Source: a virus
Strand: one strand, 5' to 3'
Virus record (IMG/VR): IMGVR_UViG_3300006735_000018
Span: 1-64,000 of that record
Length of the DNA: 64,000 nucleotides
The notes beneath the pieces were generated by a model. That model searched no databases. It was not told the DNA's origin and was given only the letters and a program-made list of their open reading frames with translations. The stretch's first letter is position 1. Each line of letters begins with the position of its first letter. Both the position numbers and the translations under genes were made by a program. Below, piece by piece: positions 39,160-47,449 of the stretch.

Positions 39160-41062
39160 TTAGTTCTGTTTCTTTTTCGTTTTTTTCTAAAGATTTTAAA
39201 TCAACGTCAATTTCACATTGGCCACCTGAACAAGCTAGTTCACCAGATAAATCTGTATTATCATCTAACTCAACAACTTTAGTTAAATCTACATTAGTTA
39301 ATGATTTCATCATTTCATTATATTTTTCTTTAGTAATATCTTCAAATGGTGCTTGAGTATATGTTCCTCCATTATATGGTAAAACAGAAAGACCATTATA
39401 ATATTTTCTATTTTCCCACATCCATTCACCAGCTGAATCCCATTCGTTTTCTCTTAATGAAATAGTTGCTGATACATTGTGTGAGTTTGAACCTTTTCTG
39501 TGTCCACTTCTAACCCACTCTGTAGCAATTTTTTTAACTCTCTCTAACAAATCAAAAGGAGATTCTGTTCTCATAATTGCACCTTCTGGGGCTTTTTGTG
39601 GGACAGATATTACTGCGGTATCATGTGGTCTAAAATATTCATCTTCAACCAGTTCTGGGTGGTTTAATTTTAAGTAAGTGTAAATAGCTTCATTCTTGCC
39701 AACTCTAACTCTTCTAATATAATAATCATTATGCCAAGCATGGATACCTGATGATGTACCTAAAGTTAAAGAGGTTGTTCCTGCGGGTTTAACAGTTGTT
39801 GTTCTAGCTGCTGGATTTATACCTAATAATTTAGAAACTCTAGTATTTTCTCTTTTTACTAAACTTGCAGCTTTTTTAGTGTCATAATTAAGTACCTTAC
39901 CAGAACCAATACCTGTCATCGACACACCTATAAGAGCATCTTTTTCAGTGGTTTCTCTCCAAACATCTCTTAGATAGTGGAATGCTGTATACCCAGCTTG
40001 AAGTGTTCCGATAAATGCAGCTACTTTAACTCTTTCGTTTAAATCTTCTTGAGATTCTATATTTGAAACATTTACCTCACACAAGTTACAGAATTGGTAC
40101 GGTCTTAAAGCTATTTCACAACATGGATTAGTTCCCCAATCTTTATCATTATTTAGATAGATTCCTGGTTCACCAGAATTAGATAACTCAACTCTTTTCC
40201 ATAAGTCCATAAAAAATTCTTTAGTAATTTTATGTCTCATTAATACAGCGGAGTTGTTAGCTCTACCTCTTTGGGGGTTTAGTTCCCACCAATTACCAGC
40301 TTTACAACCAATCATAAGGTCATCATCAGCTGAAAATAAACTAATTAAAGCTGCACGTCTAATACCACCCGCTAATACAGCATCTGCTATATAACATACA
40401 ATATCATGGACTTCTATAGTTGTAAGTTGGTCTCCGTTTTCTTTACCAGATAATATACCTTCAATTTTTACTAAACATTCTTTTAATGGTTGTGGTCCTG
40501 GGGCTTTACCTCCTGATGTTATTAATCTTGCACCTTTTGCTCTAATATCAGAATAATCAAATTCTATTCTTGAACCCCCACCATTCATATATGATTTCAT
40601 AAGAACTTTAATAGAATCTGCCCAACCTTCAATAGAATCTCCAATTAAAAATCTTCGTTTTCTTTTTGGATATGGCTTTTGTATAACTGGTAATTTAGCA
40701 ACGTGATGTTTTTGTACAGAGTATCCTACACCTGTTCCACCTAATAATAAGAACATACACTCACTAAAACTATCGATATGGTCAATAGGCATATAAGCAC
40801 AATTGTATATTCTATTAGGAGATATCTCAATTGGTTTTCCACCAAATTGCATTGACCTCATTGATGGTAATACTTTTTTATTGTACACAAATTTATACTT
40901 ATCCTCTATTTCATCTTTTAGATGTGGATATTTTTTAATGTGCATATTTTTATTCCTAGTAACTAACTCTTCCCAAGTTTCTCGTCTCTCTAGTTCTGGT
41001 AGATATTTTGCGTACTTCATGTAGACAGTAATATCAGATAAAATTTTGTTTGAAATTTCCAT
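39143..41062 (-). CDS. nrdJ: Class II (adenosylcobalamin-dependent) ribonucleotide reductase
   Basis: LPSMR, YNCAY, GGTGVGYSV, RRAALISL, GTNPCCEI, CNLCE, TVKPAGT, C-terminal ACSGGQC; no small-subunit gene nearby. Confidence 0.92.
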   Translation of the reverse strand: MEISNKILSDITVYMKYAKYLPELERRETWEELVTRNKNMHIKKYPHLKDEIEDKYKFVYNKKVLPSMRSMQFGGKPIEISPNRIYNCAYMPIDHIDSFSECMFLLLGGTGVGYSVQKHHVAKLPVIQKPYPKRKRRFLIGDSIEGWADSIKVLMKSYMNGGGSRIEFDYSDIRAKGARLITSGGKAPGPQPLKECLVKIEGILSGKENGDQLTTIEVHDIVCYIADAVLAGGIRRAALISLFSADDDLMIGCKAGNWWELNPQRGRANNSAVLMRHKITKEFFMDLWKRVELSNSGEPGIYLNNDKDWGTNPCCEIALRPYQFCNLCEVNVSNIESQEDLNERVKVAAFIGTLQAGYTAFHYLRDVWRETTEKDALIGVSMTGIGSGKVLNYDTKKAASLVKRENTRVSKLLGINPAARTTTVKPAGTTSLTLGTSSGIHAWHNDYYIRRVRVGKNEAIYTYLKLNHPELVEDEYFRPHDTAVISVPQKAPEGAIMRTESPFDLLERVKKIATEWVRSGHRKGSNSHNVSATISLRENEWDSAGEWMWENRKYYNGLSVLPYNGGTYTQAPFEDITKEKYNEMMKSLTNVDLTKVVELDDNTDLSGELACSGGQCEIDVDLKSLEKNEKETELSETQI

Positions 41063-41078
41063 ATTTTTTATTTTTATT

Positions 41079-42452
41079 TTATTTATTTAGTAGTTTTTCT
41101 CTTCTTTCTAGAGCGTCCATAACTCTTTTTCGATTTCTTTGTGTTTTGTCCTCTTCAAAACCTAAGAATGTTTGTGTAGATTCGGTATTAATTTCCAATG
41201 TAGCATTGTCAAATGTACAGTTTTCAAATATAATACCATCTTGACCTAATCTAGACTTAGTTATAGCGATAGTAGCTAAACCAAGTTCTTTTTGTTGTAA
41301 TGTTTTTGCCACTGAAATTATGACATGTCCAACTTGAGCTTTCTTTATAGACCCACCCATTTGGTCTGTAGTAACCACTTCTGAAGAAATAGAAGACCTA
41401 TTACCTTGTGCTGCTGTCCAACCAACTAGATTTAACTCATGACACATAGCTTCATATTTTCTCATAACAGAACCTTCACCTTTCCATTCATCATTAAAAC
41501 TTCTATCTGGGATTACACAATCTATGTAATCTAAAACTACAATATCTAAATTTACACCCTCTGAAGTTATTTTTCTAATTTGATTTTTTATTTGTGCGAT
41601 AGTAAACTCGTCTGAAGCTAACTTTTTTAATATTAGTTTACCTCCATTTTTTTTCATCTCATCAGCCTTAGAGAGTACTTTTTCTTTATTTTCACTAAGT
41701 TTTTGTGGTTCTATACCAGTCCAACAAGTAAAGTGCTTTCTTTGTATAATTTTAGGGTTGTCTTCAAAAAATATTTGTAAGACATTATATCCCATATTAA
41801 AAGCGGTATTAGCGAATCTTGTTAGTATTGTAGTTTTACCCACACCTGTTGGTGCTAATATAACACCTAACTCACCTTTTGCTAGTCCACCATTCAATAA
41901 ATTGTCGATGCCGTCTATGCCAGTAGGGATTGGGTGTCTATAATCATCTTTTAAAACATCTTCTAGATTTTGAAATACTTCTACCGTTCCTTCGTCACCC
42001 TCACCAATACTAATAGCTTCTCTTATATATTCCTCACACTTATCATAACTTTCAAATTCACCTTTTTCTAGTATAGTTTCTACTTTTCTAATAGCTTTTT
42101 TTAACTCTTGTTGTTTACAAAATTTTATAGTTTTTTCCTTTATAAATAAGTGGTCTTCAAAAGAAGCTTCCTTTACGTCCCTTAACATATCAATAACACA
42201 TTTTTTAGCCATTTCAGAAGAAATTTCTAATTGTGTTAATTGTTCTATACCTTCAAAAGATGGAATACTCTGGTACTTTTCGTAATACTCTTTCATCATT
42301 TGCATAATTAATTTAAAGTATTGGTTATCAAAATATTTTGATTGTATACTATCAATTATAGATTGTGCAAATAATTTATCTGTTATAATTAGATTTAATA
42401 TTTTTAGTTGGAAGTTATATCCTAGGTATCCAAAATTCTCGGTGTTTGTCAT
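41079..42452 (-). CDS. dnaB: Replicative DNA helicase (DnaB / T4 gp41-like)
   Basis: IPTGIDGIDNLLNGG, Walker A APTGVGKT, VVLDYID, WTAAQGNR, KSR. Confidence 0.92.
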   Translation of the reverse strand: MTNTENFGYLGYNFQLKILNLIITDKLFAQSIIDSIQSKYFDNQYFKLIMQMMKEYYEKYQSIPSFEGIEQLTQLEISSEMAKKCVIDMLRDVKEASFEDHLFIKEKTIKFCKQQELKKAIRKVETILEKGEFESYDKCEEYIREAISIGEGDEGTVEVFQNLEDVLKDDYRHPIPTGIDGIDNLLNGGLAKGELGVILAPTGVGKTTILTRFANTAFNMGYNVLQIFFEDNPKIIQRKHFTCWTGIEPQKLSENKEKVLSKADEMKKNGGKLILKKLASDEFTIAQIKNQIRKITSEGVNLDIVVLDYIDCVIPDRSFNDEWKGEGSVMRKYEAMCHELNLVGWTAAQGNRSSISSEVVTTDQMGGSIKKAQVGHVIISVAKTLQQKELGLATIAITKSRLGQDGIIFENCTFDNATLEINTESTQTFLGFEEDKTQRNRKRVMDALERREKLLNK

Positions 42453-42488
42453 ATAATGTTGTTTAGAAATAAATATTAAAATTACTAA

Positions 42489-42917
42489 TTAAAGTTGCTT
42501 ATCTAGGTAGTAAGTCTCAGGATTTCTTAATGACAAAACGTCAGTTAACTCTCTTAATATATAAGAAATTTGTGGTCTTATATCTACGGAGTATCTTACT
42601 CTTGGTGGATAAAGGTTGGCAGAGAATATTCTTTCCATTATTACATAGTTTCCTTTTTTAATCGTTATCGTAAAAACTTCATTTTCTTCCTGTAATTTTG
42701 ACACATCTTCTTTAAAAAATTCATCAATAACATCTATAGTTTTTGAGATTAATTGTTCGTTTATGATTGTTTTTATGTATTTAACACTTTCATACAGGTC
42801 AACGGAACGAGTTGTTTTAGGGTTATGGTTTCTAACTGTAAAAAATCTTTGACATATAATATTATCATTTATAGATAATACGAATTCAAACTTTTCTTTT
42901 TCTTCAAATTGTTTCAT
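42489..42917 (-). CDS. Hypothetical protein
   Basis: 142-aa ORF within the replication operon. Confidence 0.65.
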   Translation of the reverse strand: MKQFEEKEKFEFVLSINDNIICQRFFTVRNHNPKTTRSVDLYESVKYIKTIINEQLISKTIDVIDEFFKEDVSKLQEENEVFTITIKKGNYVIMERIFSANLYPPRVRYSVDIRPQISYILRELTDVLSLRNPETYYLDKQL

Positions 42918-42918
42918 T

Positions 42919-43929
42919 TTATAAAATTTTTTTAAATTTATTTTTTTCTATTCTAGTTAAAGTTAAAAATGGTTTAGTAAAATTTAAGAAAGATTCATCA
43001 GAATTTCCAATAAAATTAAATAAACCATCTTCCATCATCATCCTTAATAGATTTTTATATGAACGCCCTTCTGGGTCCATGTTTTCATTTATTAATTGTT
43101 TAATTTCTATTTGTTCTTTTTTTGGTAACAACGATGTTCCCAAATCAACTAAAAATGTATTTCTAACAAAAAAATCTTCGCCTAATTCTCCTTCTTTTGT
43201 TATACCTTTTACAATATTTTTTAGTCTAAAATTTTTATCTCCTTTTTCGTATTTATTTTTACAAATCGATAAAAACTCTTTAAGTTCTATTTTTTTATTT
43301 TTTATTTCAGGTACTAAATTAATTAATGTTTTTATACCAACATTTTTAATACCACTTATATCGTCAGATGAGTCCCCACATATAATTTTAATTAATTTTA
43401 TATTTTCTACAGGAACTATATGTTTTTCAAATTTAATCTTATCACCTTTTTTAACTATTTCTAAATTGTTTAGTAGTTTTAAATTTGTGTTTGTGGATAC
43501 TAGTTGGGTTAAATCTCTATCGTTAGATAATATTGTAATTTTTTCTTTAGTATTTTGTGAACTGTAAAAAGCTATACAGTCGTCGGCTTCATGACCTTCA
43601 AATTCACACTGTCTAATAAAAATTTCTTCTAAGTATTGTTGTACTCTTACTTTTTGTAAGTATAAAGATTCACGTTTTTCGTCAGTTAATCTTTTATTAA
43701 TTCTTTTAGCTTTATATTGTGGATATAACTTTCTTCTACTTTCATAGTTTTTTTTACCATCCCAAGCAACAACAATTTTATTAAAATTATATTCTGTTAT
43801 TAATTTTTTTATTGTATTAAGAAAATAAAATACGGCACCTAGATTAGTGTCTTTATTTTGGAAATTTTTTAGTCCGTGAAATCCTAATTGTAGTAATGAG
43901 TTTCCGTCAACAAGAAGAGTTTTAGTCAC
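42919..43929 (-). CDS. 5'-3' exonuclease / flap endonuclease (T4 RNase H-like)
   Basis: LLVDGNSL, AWDG, YKAKR, EADD, SNDRDLTQL, GDSSDDISGIKNVG. Confidence 0.92.
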   Translation of the reverse strand: MTKTLLVDGNSLLQLGFHGLKNFQNKDTNLGAVFYFLNTIKKLITEYNFNKIVVAWDGKKNYESRRKLYPQYKAKRINKRLTDEKRESLYLQKVRVQQYLEEIFIRQCEFEGHEADDCIAFYSSQNTKEKITILSNDRDLTQLVSTNTNLKLLNNLEIVKKGDKIKFEKHIVPVENIKLIKIICGDSSDDISGIKNVGIKTLINLVPEIKNKKIELKEFLSICKNKYEKGDKNFRLKNIVKGITKEGELGEDFFVRNTFLVDLGTSLLPKKEQIEIKQLINENMDPEGRSYKNLLRMMMEDGLFNFIGNSDESFLNFTKPFLTLTRIEKNKFKKIL

Positions 43930-43953
43930 TTTTTTATAATTAAAGGTTAAACA

Positions 43954-44388
43954 CTATTTTTCTACTTCTAAAAGTTCTATTTCAAAATTTAAATCTTTAC
44001 CAGCTAGTGGGTGATTCATATCTAAAGTTACCTCTGTTTTAGTAACTTCTAATATTGTAGCTGTAGCTGGTTTACCACTTTTAGTATTCCCCTTTATTCT
44101 TTCATCAATAATAAATCTAAAGTCTTTTGGGAATTCATTTCTTGGTGTTTTTAGTACAGCTTCTTCTAAGTATTCACCGTACGCGTCTTTAACTGGAATA
44201 TGTATCTTTTTTTTATCACCAACAGACATAGTTCTTACAGTATTTTCAAAATCTTTTAAAACTATACCATTACCAGTTGTAAACTCTAAAGGTTCTTTTC
44301 TTTTTATAGAATTGTCAAATTCAGAACCATCTTTTAATGTACCTACATAATGTACTTTAACTTTTTTACCTAAACCTATATTATTCAT
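43954..44388 (-). CDS. FKBP-type peptidyl-prolyl isomerase (SlyD/FkpB-like with insert-in-flap domain)
   Basis: VKVHYVGTLKDGSEFDNS, AYG, LDMNHPLAGKDLNFEIEL; start likely ATG at 44388, overlapping the recA stop. Confidence 0.92.
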   Translation of the reverse strand: MNNIGLGKKVKVHYVGTLKDGSEFDNSIKRKEPLEFTTGNGIVLKDFENTVRTMSVGDKKKIHIPVKDAYGEYLEEAVLKTPRNEFPKDFRFIIDERIKGNTKSGKPATATILEVTKTEVTLDMNHPLAGKDLNFEIELLEVEK

Positions 44389-45385
44389 TTTCTTTTTCTT
44401 CTTTTGTATCGAATTCACCACCAACACCTAGTTGTTCAGACCAAAAGGTAGCGTATTCTTGTTTATATTTTTCTATTGATTTCTTTTCTTCCGAAGTTTC
44501 TTTGCCAGCTAAAAAACCGTGAGGTGTTATTAAAATTTTACCATCCTCATAACCTAAACCATTAACATGATTTTTCATAATTGTTATTTTTGTTCTAGTT
44601 GCAAATTTAACTTTTCTTTTTTCTTTAACAGCTGAAATATTTGTTGTTCCAGCATTTTTTTGATTTCCAAACCTAAATACTAATGTAGAATTTAACCACA
44701 AAGCTTCACCCCCTTTTGCTTTAATTTTAGGTTGACCAAAAGGGTTATCTGGTAATTCTACCCATGGTTGATTTACCACTACTAGTGTATTTGTATATTT
44801 TGAGTCTTCTCTTCTAGATTTACCAATCCTTTGGTTGATTCCCATACCAATCTTGTCCGCAAATACGGCCGCGTTGTGCATTTTACCACCTTTTCCATCA
44901 AATGTCATTTTACATGGTATTGAACCTACGGAATCCCATAAAAATAATAAGTCGTAGTCTAGTTCACCTTTTTCTTGAGCGTCTAATAAAGAATTTATAT
45001 AATCTGTAATTTGTTCTATATATTCAAAGTCGTTATTGAATAGAAAAAATCCTTCCCAGTCTATTTCACCTGTACTTTCATCCACCACTTCCTCACAATC
45101 AAAACCTAATAACTTAGCGTAATTAAATCCCCACTTCTGTTCAGTTATTATTATTACTGGTAATACACCTTTTTTCTGTGCATCAACAGCTGTTTTAATA
45201 AGTGCTGTAGTCTTACCGGTATCTGAATGACCTAAAAACATTTGTAAATGGCCCATAGCTGGACCAGGTATTCCCGTTGCGTCAAGGAATGCTGGTCCTA
45301 GGTCAAAAAATTTGTCTGATTTAAATTTAGCCTTTTTAGAGAATTTACTCTTTATGTCTGAAAAACTTCTTTTCTTTAATGCCAT
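44381..45385 (-). CDS. recA: RecA/UvsX-like recombinase
   Basis: Walker A GHSDTGKT, WDSVGS, VVVNQ, GGEAL, KNHV; adjacent to SSB. Confidence 0.85.
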   Translation of the reverse strand: MALKKRSFSDIKSKFSKKAKFKSDKFFDLGPAFLDATGIPGPAMGHLQMFLGHSDTGKTTALIKTAVDAQKKGVLPVIIITEQKWGFNYAKLLGFDCEEVVDESTGEIDWEGFFLFNNDFEYIEQITDYINSLLDAQEKGELDYDLLFLWDSVGSIPCKMTFDGKGGKMHNAAVFADKIGMGINQRIGKSRREDSKYTNTLVVVNQPWVELPDNPFGQPKIKAKGGEALWLNSTLVFRFGNQKNAGTTNISAVKEKRKVKFATRTKITIMKNHVNGLGYEDGKILITPHGFLAGKETSEEKKSIEKYKQEYATFWSEQLGVGGEFDTKEEKENE

Positions 45386-45396
45386 TTATATATTTT

Positions 45397-46263
45397 TTAA
45401 AACGGTAAATCTTCGTCTGCTTGTTGGTTTGCTTGTGGGTCTGTAGTTGTATTTGTACTACTCATATCCACAGTACTATTTGTTTTAGCGTTTGGGTCAT
45501 CGTAAGTGTATTTTTTTAATTCACTATCCCAAACTGGGTCTAACCCTTTAGAGATTGCCTCTAGGTACTCAACAGGTTTTTGTGAATAAACATCTTTCCA
45601 AGTTCTTTCATCAGAAGTCCATTCTGTACCCTTAGCGTTATCTTCTGTTAACTTACCTGGGTCTTCATACATTACCGAAGATACTGTTGTATATTCCCCT
45701 CTTCCTCCTGGTAATGGAACAGCTTGTAAAATAAGAATTAAATCTCTACCCTCATTAACATCTGTAATATCACCTTTATTTCTCCAAATAGGAATAATTT
45801 TATCGATTGGTCCGTCACCTTTCCAATTATGTTTAAATCTCCAAAATTTTACACCATCTTCCTCCTTATCTCTATCAATAACTTTTACTATGTAAAATTT
45901 TTGTGAACGATACTGTCTTGCTAATTCTTTTGATTGTTCGTCACCAGCTAATTTAAGTGCTTCTTCCACTTCATTTAATGGGCTTCTTTCACCTGTTGGT
46001 TTTCCAGAAGAATCTTTTCCTGGGTCATAAATTTTCATCCATCTACCTTGTACTTGTGTGTTGTGAAAAAACACTTCTTTAAATGGTGAACTACCATCTG
46101 TGGTAGGTAGAATTCTAATTCTTTTTTCACCTGATTTAACACCTTTAGGTAGTGCTACGGTAAAATATTGTTTTAATCTGTCTTCGTCTGACATTCTTGG
46201 TTTTGAAGATGTTGCCTGTTTGTTTTTTTCGTATTGGGCTAATACAGCGTCTAATGAACTCAT
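45397..46263 (-). CDS. Single-stranded DNA-binding protein (T4 gp32-like)
   Basis: RIRILP..PF, GVKFWRF, DITDVNEGRDL, acidic tail ending DEDLPF. Confidence 0.85.
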   Translation of the reverse strand: MSSLDAVLAQYEKNKQATSSKPRMSDEDRLKQYFTVALPKGVKSGEKRIRILPTTDGSSPFKEVFFHNTQVQGRWMKIYDPGKDSSGKPTGERSPLNEVEEALKLAGDEQSKELARQYRSQKFYIVKVIDRDKEEDGVKFWRFKHNWKGDGPIDKIIPIWRNKGDITDVNEGRDLILILQAVPLPGGRGEYTTVSSVMYEDPGKLTEDNAKGTEWTSDERTWKDVYSQKPVEYLEAISKGLDPVWDSELKKYTYDDPNAKTNSTVDMSSTNTTTDPQANQQADEDLPF

Positions 46264-46300
46264 AATTTATATTTTTTTTTAATAATTAATTTCTTTAATA

Positions 46301-46329
46301 AAGGTAACTAACTTATTCCGGGTTGTCAA
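46301..46329 (-). promoter_or_regulatory. Putative host-sigma promoter for ssb-recA replication operon
   Basis: Minus strand TTGACA-17 nt-TACCTT(TA), 38 nt upstream of the ssb start and just downstream of a terminator. Confidence 0.6.
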
Positions 46330-46353
46330 TTATATGGGTATAAATAATTCCAT

Positions 46354-46378
46354 AAAAAAAGCCCTTTGTTAGGGCTTT
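46354..46378 (-). terminator. Rho-independent terminator
   Basis: AAAGCCCT-aacaa-AGGGCTTTTTTT hairpin plus U-tract after the 46405 gene. Confidence 0.8.
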
Positions 46379-46404
46379 AAATATATACTATTTTTTTTAT
46401 AGGG

Positions 46405-47160
46405 TCAAACGTTAAAACTTTTTTGTATCTCTGTTTCAGAATAATTATCAACGTCTTCAGGTGTTAATATGTATTCTTCTTTACCTTGTTCTTTATATTT
46501 GTCTTGGTTATCATTCCAAAAATCAGATAGTGATTGGTCAAAAGGTCCAGAATCCTGTTTTCTTAAATCTAACTTTTCTTCTTCACTTTTTGGTCTATAC
46601 TTTTCTATTTTTTGTTCTAGACTACTAATTTGATTCATTAGTTGGTCCATTCCTGTTAATTTTTCTTCCATACCATCTAACATAGACATTAAGGATTCTA
46701 ACTTATCATTAGTTTCTGATGTATTTTTTTCCAAAGTTTCTTGATTACTAACTAAATCAGTAACCTCAACTTCTGTAGTATTTTCATCTTCTTTTTCTGG
46801 AGCTCCTGGTATTGCTGGTGGAGGTGTAGTTGGTAGTGTAGTTGGTGCTGCTGGTGGAGTAGGTGGTGCTGCTGGAATATTCTCGTCTGTTGGGGCGTCA
46901 CCTGTTTCCATCTCAACTTCAGCGTCACCTAAACCTAATTCATCAAAACTAGTAGTATCTTCATCATCTTCAGTTTCAACATCAGCTTCAACATCTTCCT
47001 GTTCACCTAATTCTGTTTTACCTAATATTCTTTCAACATGACTTCCCATACCTAAATTACCAAAACCACCCAAGTTTTGTTCACTAAGATTTTGAGAATT
47101 ATAACCAATTTGATTAAATCTTTTTAACTCATTTAATAATTTTTTTTCTAAATTATCCAT
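46405..47160 (-). CDS. Acidic, Pro-linker, coiled-coil protein (possible head core/scaffold-like)
   Basis: KKLLNE, LSEQ and LGEQ motifs, D/E tract, PAAPPTPP linker, heptad region. Confidence 0.55.
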   Translation of the reverse strand: MDNLEKKLLNELKRFNQIGYNSQNLSEQNLGGFGNLGMGSHVERILGKTELGEQEDVEADVETEDDEDTTSFDELGLGDAEVEMETGDAPTDENIPAAPPTPPAAPTTLPTTPPPAIPGAPEKEDENTTEVEVTDLVSNQETLEKNTSETNDKLESLMSMLDGMEEKLTGMDQLMNQISSLEQKIEKYRPKSEEEKLDLRKQDSGPFDQSLSDFWNDNQDKYKEQGKEEYILTPEDVDNYSETEIQKSFNV

Positions 47161-47392
47161 TTAATAATTGTTTTACTTGACCGTTAGGGGATTCAACTTT
47201 TACTTTTCTATTTACTCTAATTTCGTTTTCTACTCTCTCAATTAAACCATCTCTACTTCTTATAGTGTAACAAATTCCAGTATCTAAATCACAAACTTCT
47301 TGACCTTCAGGTGAGTTACCATTTTCAACTATATTGTTTGTATTTTTACCTAAAAAATTACCTAATTTTTGTCTTAAATTGTCTGTTATCAT
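47153..47392 (-). CDS. Small hypothetical protein
   Basis: 79 aa, EVCDLDTGICY motif, preceded by two TATTTATA motifs, overlaps the next gene. Confidence 0.7.
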   Translation of the reverse strand: MITDNLRQKLGNFLGKNTNNIVENGNSPEGQEVCDLDTGICYTIRSRDGLIERVENEIRVNRKVKVESPNGQVKQLLNG

Positions 47393-47406
47393 AATATTCT
47401 TTATTA

Positions 47407-47429
47407 TATAAATATTGTTAATATAAATA
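47407..47429 (-). promoter_or_regulatory. Two TATTTATA motifs, putative phage promoter
   Basis: Copies at 47407-47414 and 47422-47429, upstream of ATG 47392. Confidence 0.55.
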
Positions 47430-47449
47430 AAATCTTTTATACTCTATAT

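Noticed and set aside
43079-43567. 162-aa plus-strand ORF
   Set aside because: Antisense shadow of the exonuclease; F/L/I/S-rich composition typical of reverse-complemented AT-rich coding DNA.
44389-44427. ORF-track N-terminal extension of the FKBP gene
   Set aside because: Overlaps recA coding sequence; the FKBP domain begins just after ATG 44388.
39143-45385. Inteins or group I introns in nrdJ, helicase or recA
   Set aside because: Lengths are normal and motifs contiguous; no C..HN splice ends or homing endonuclease motifs.
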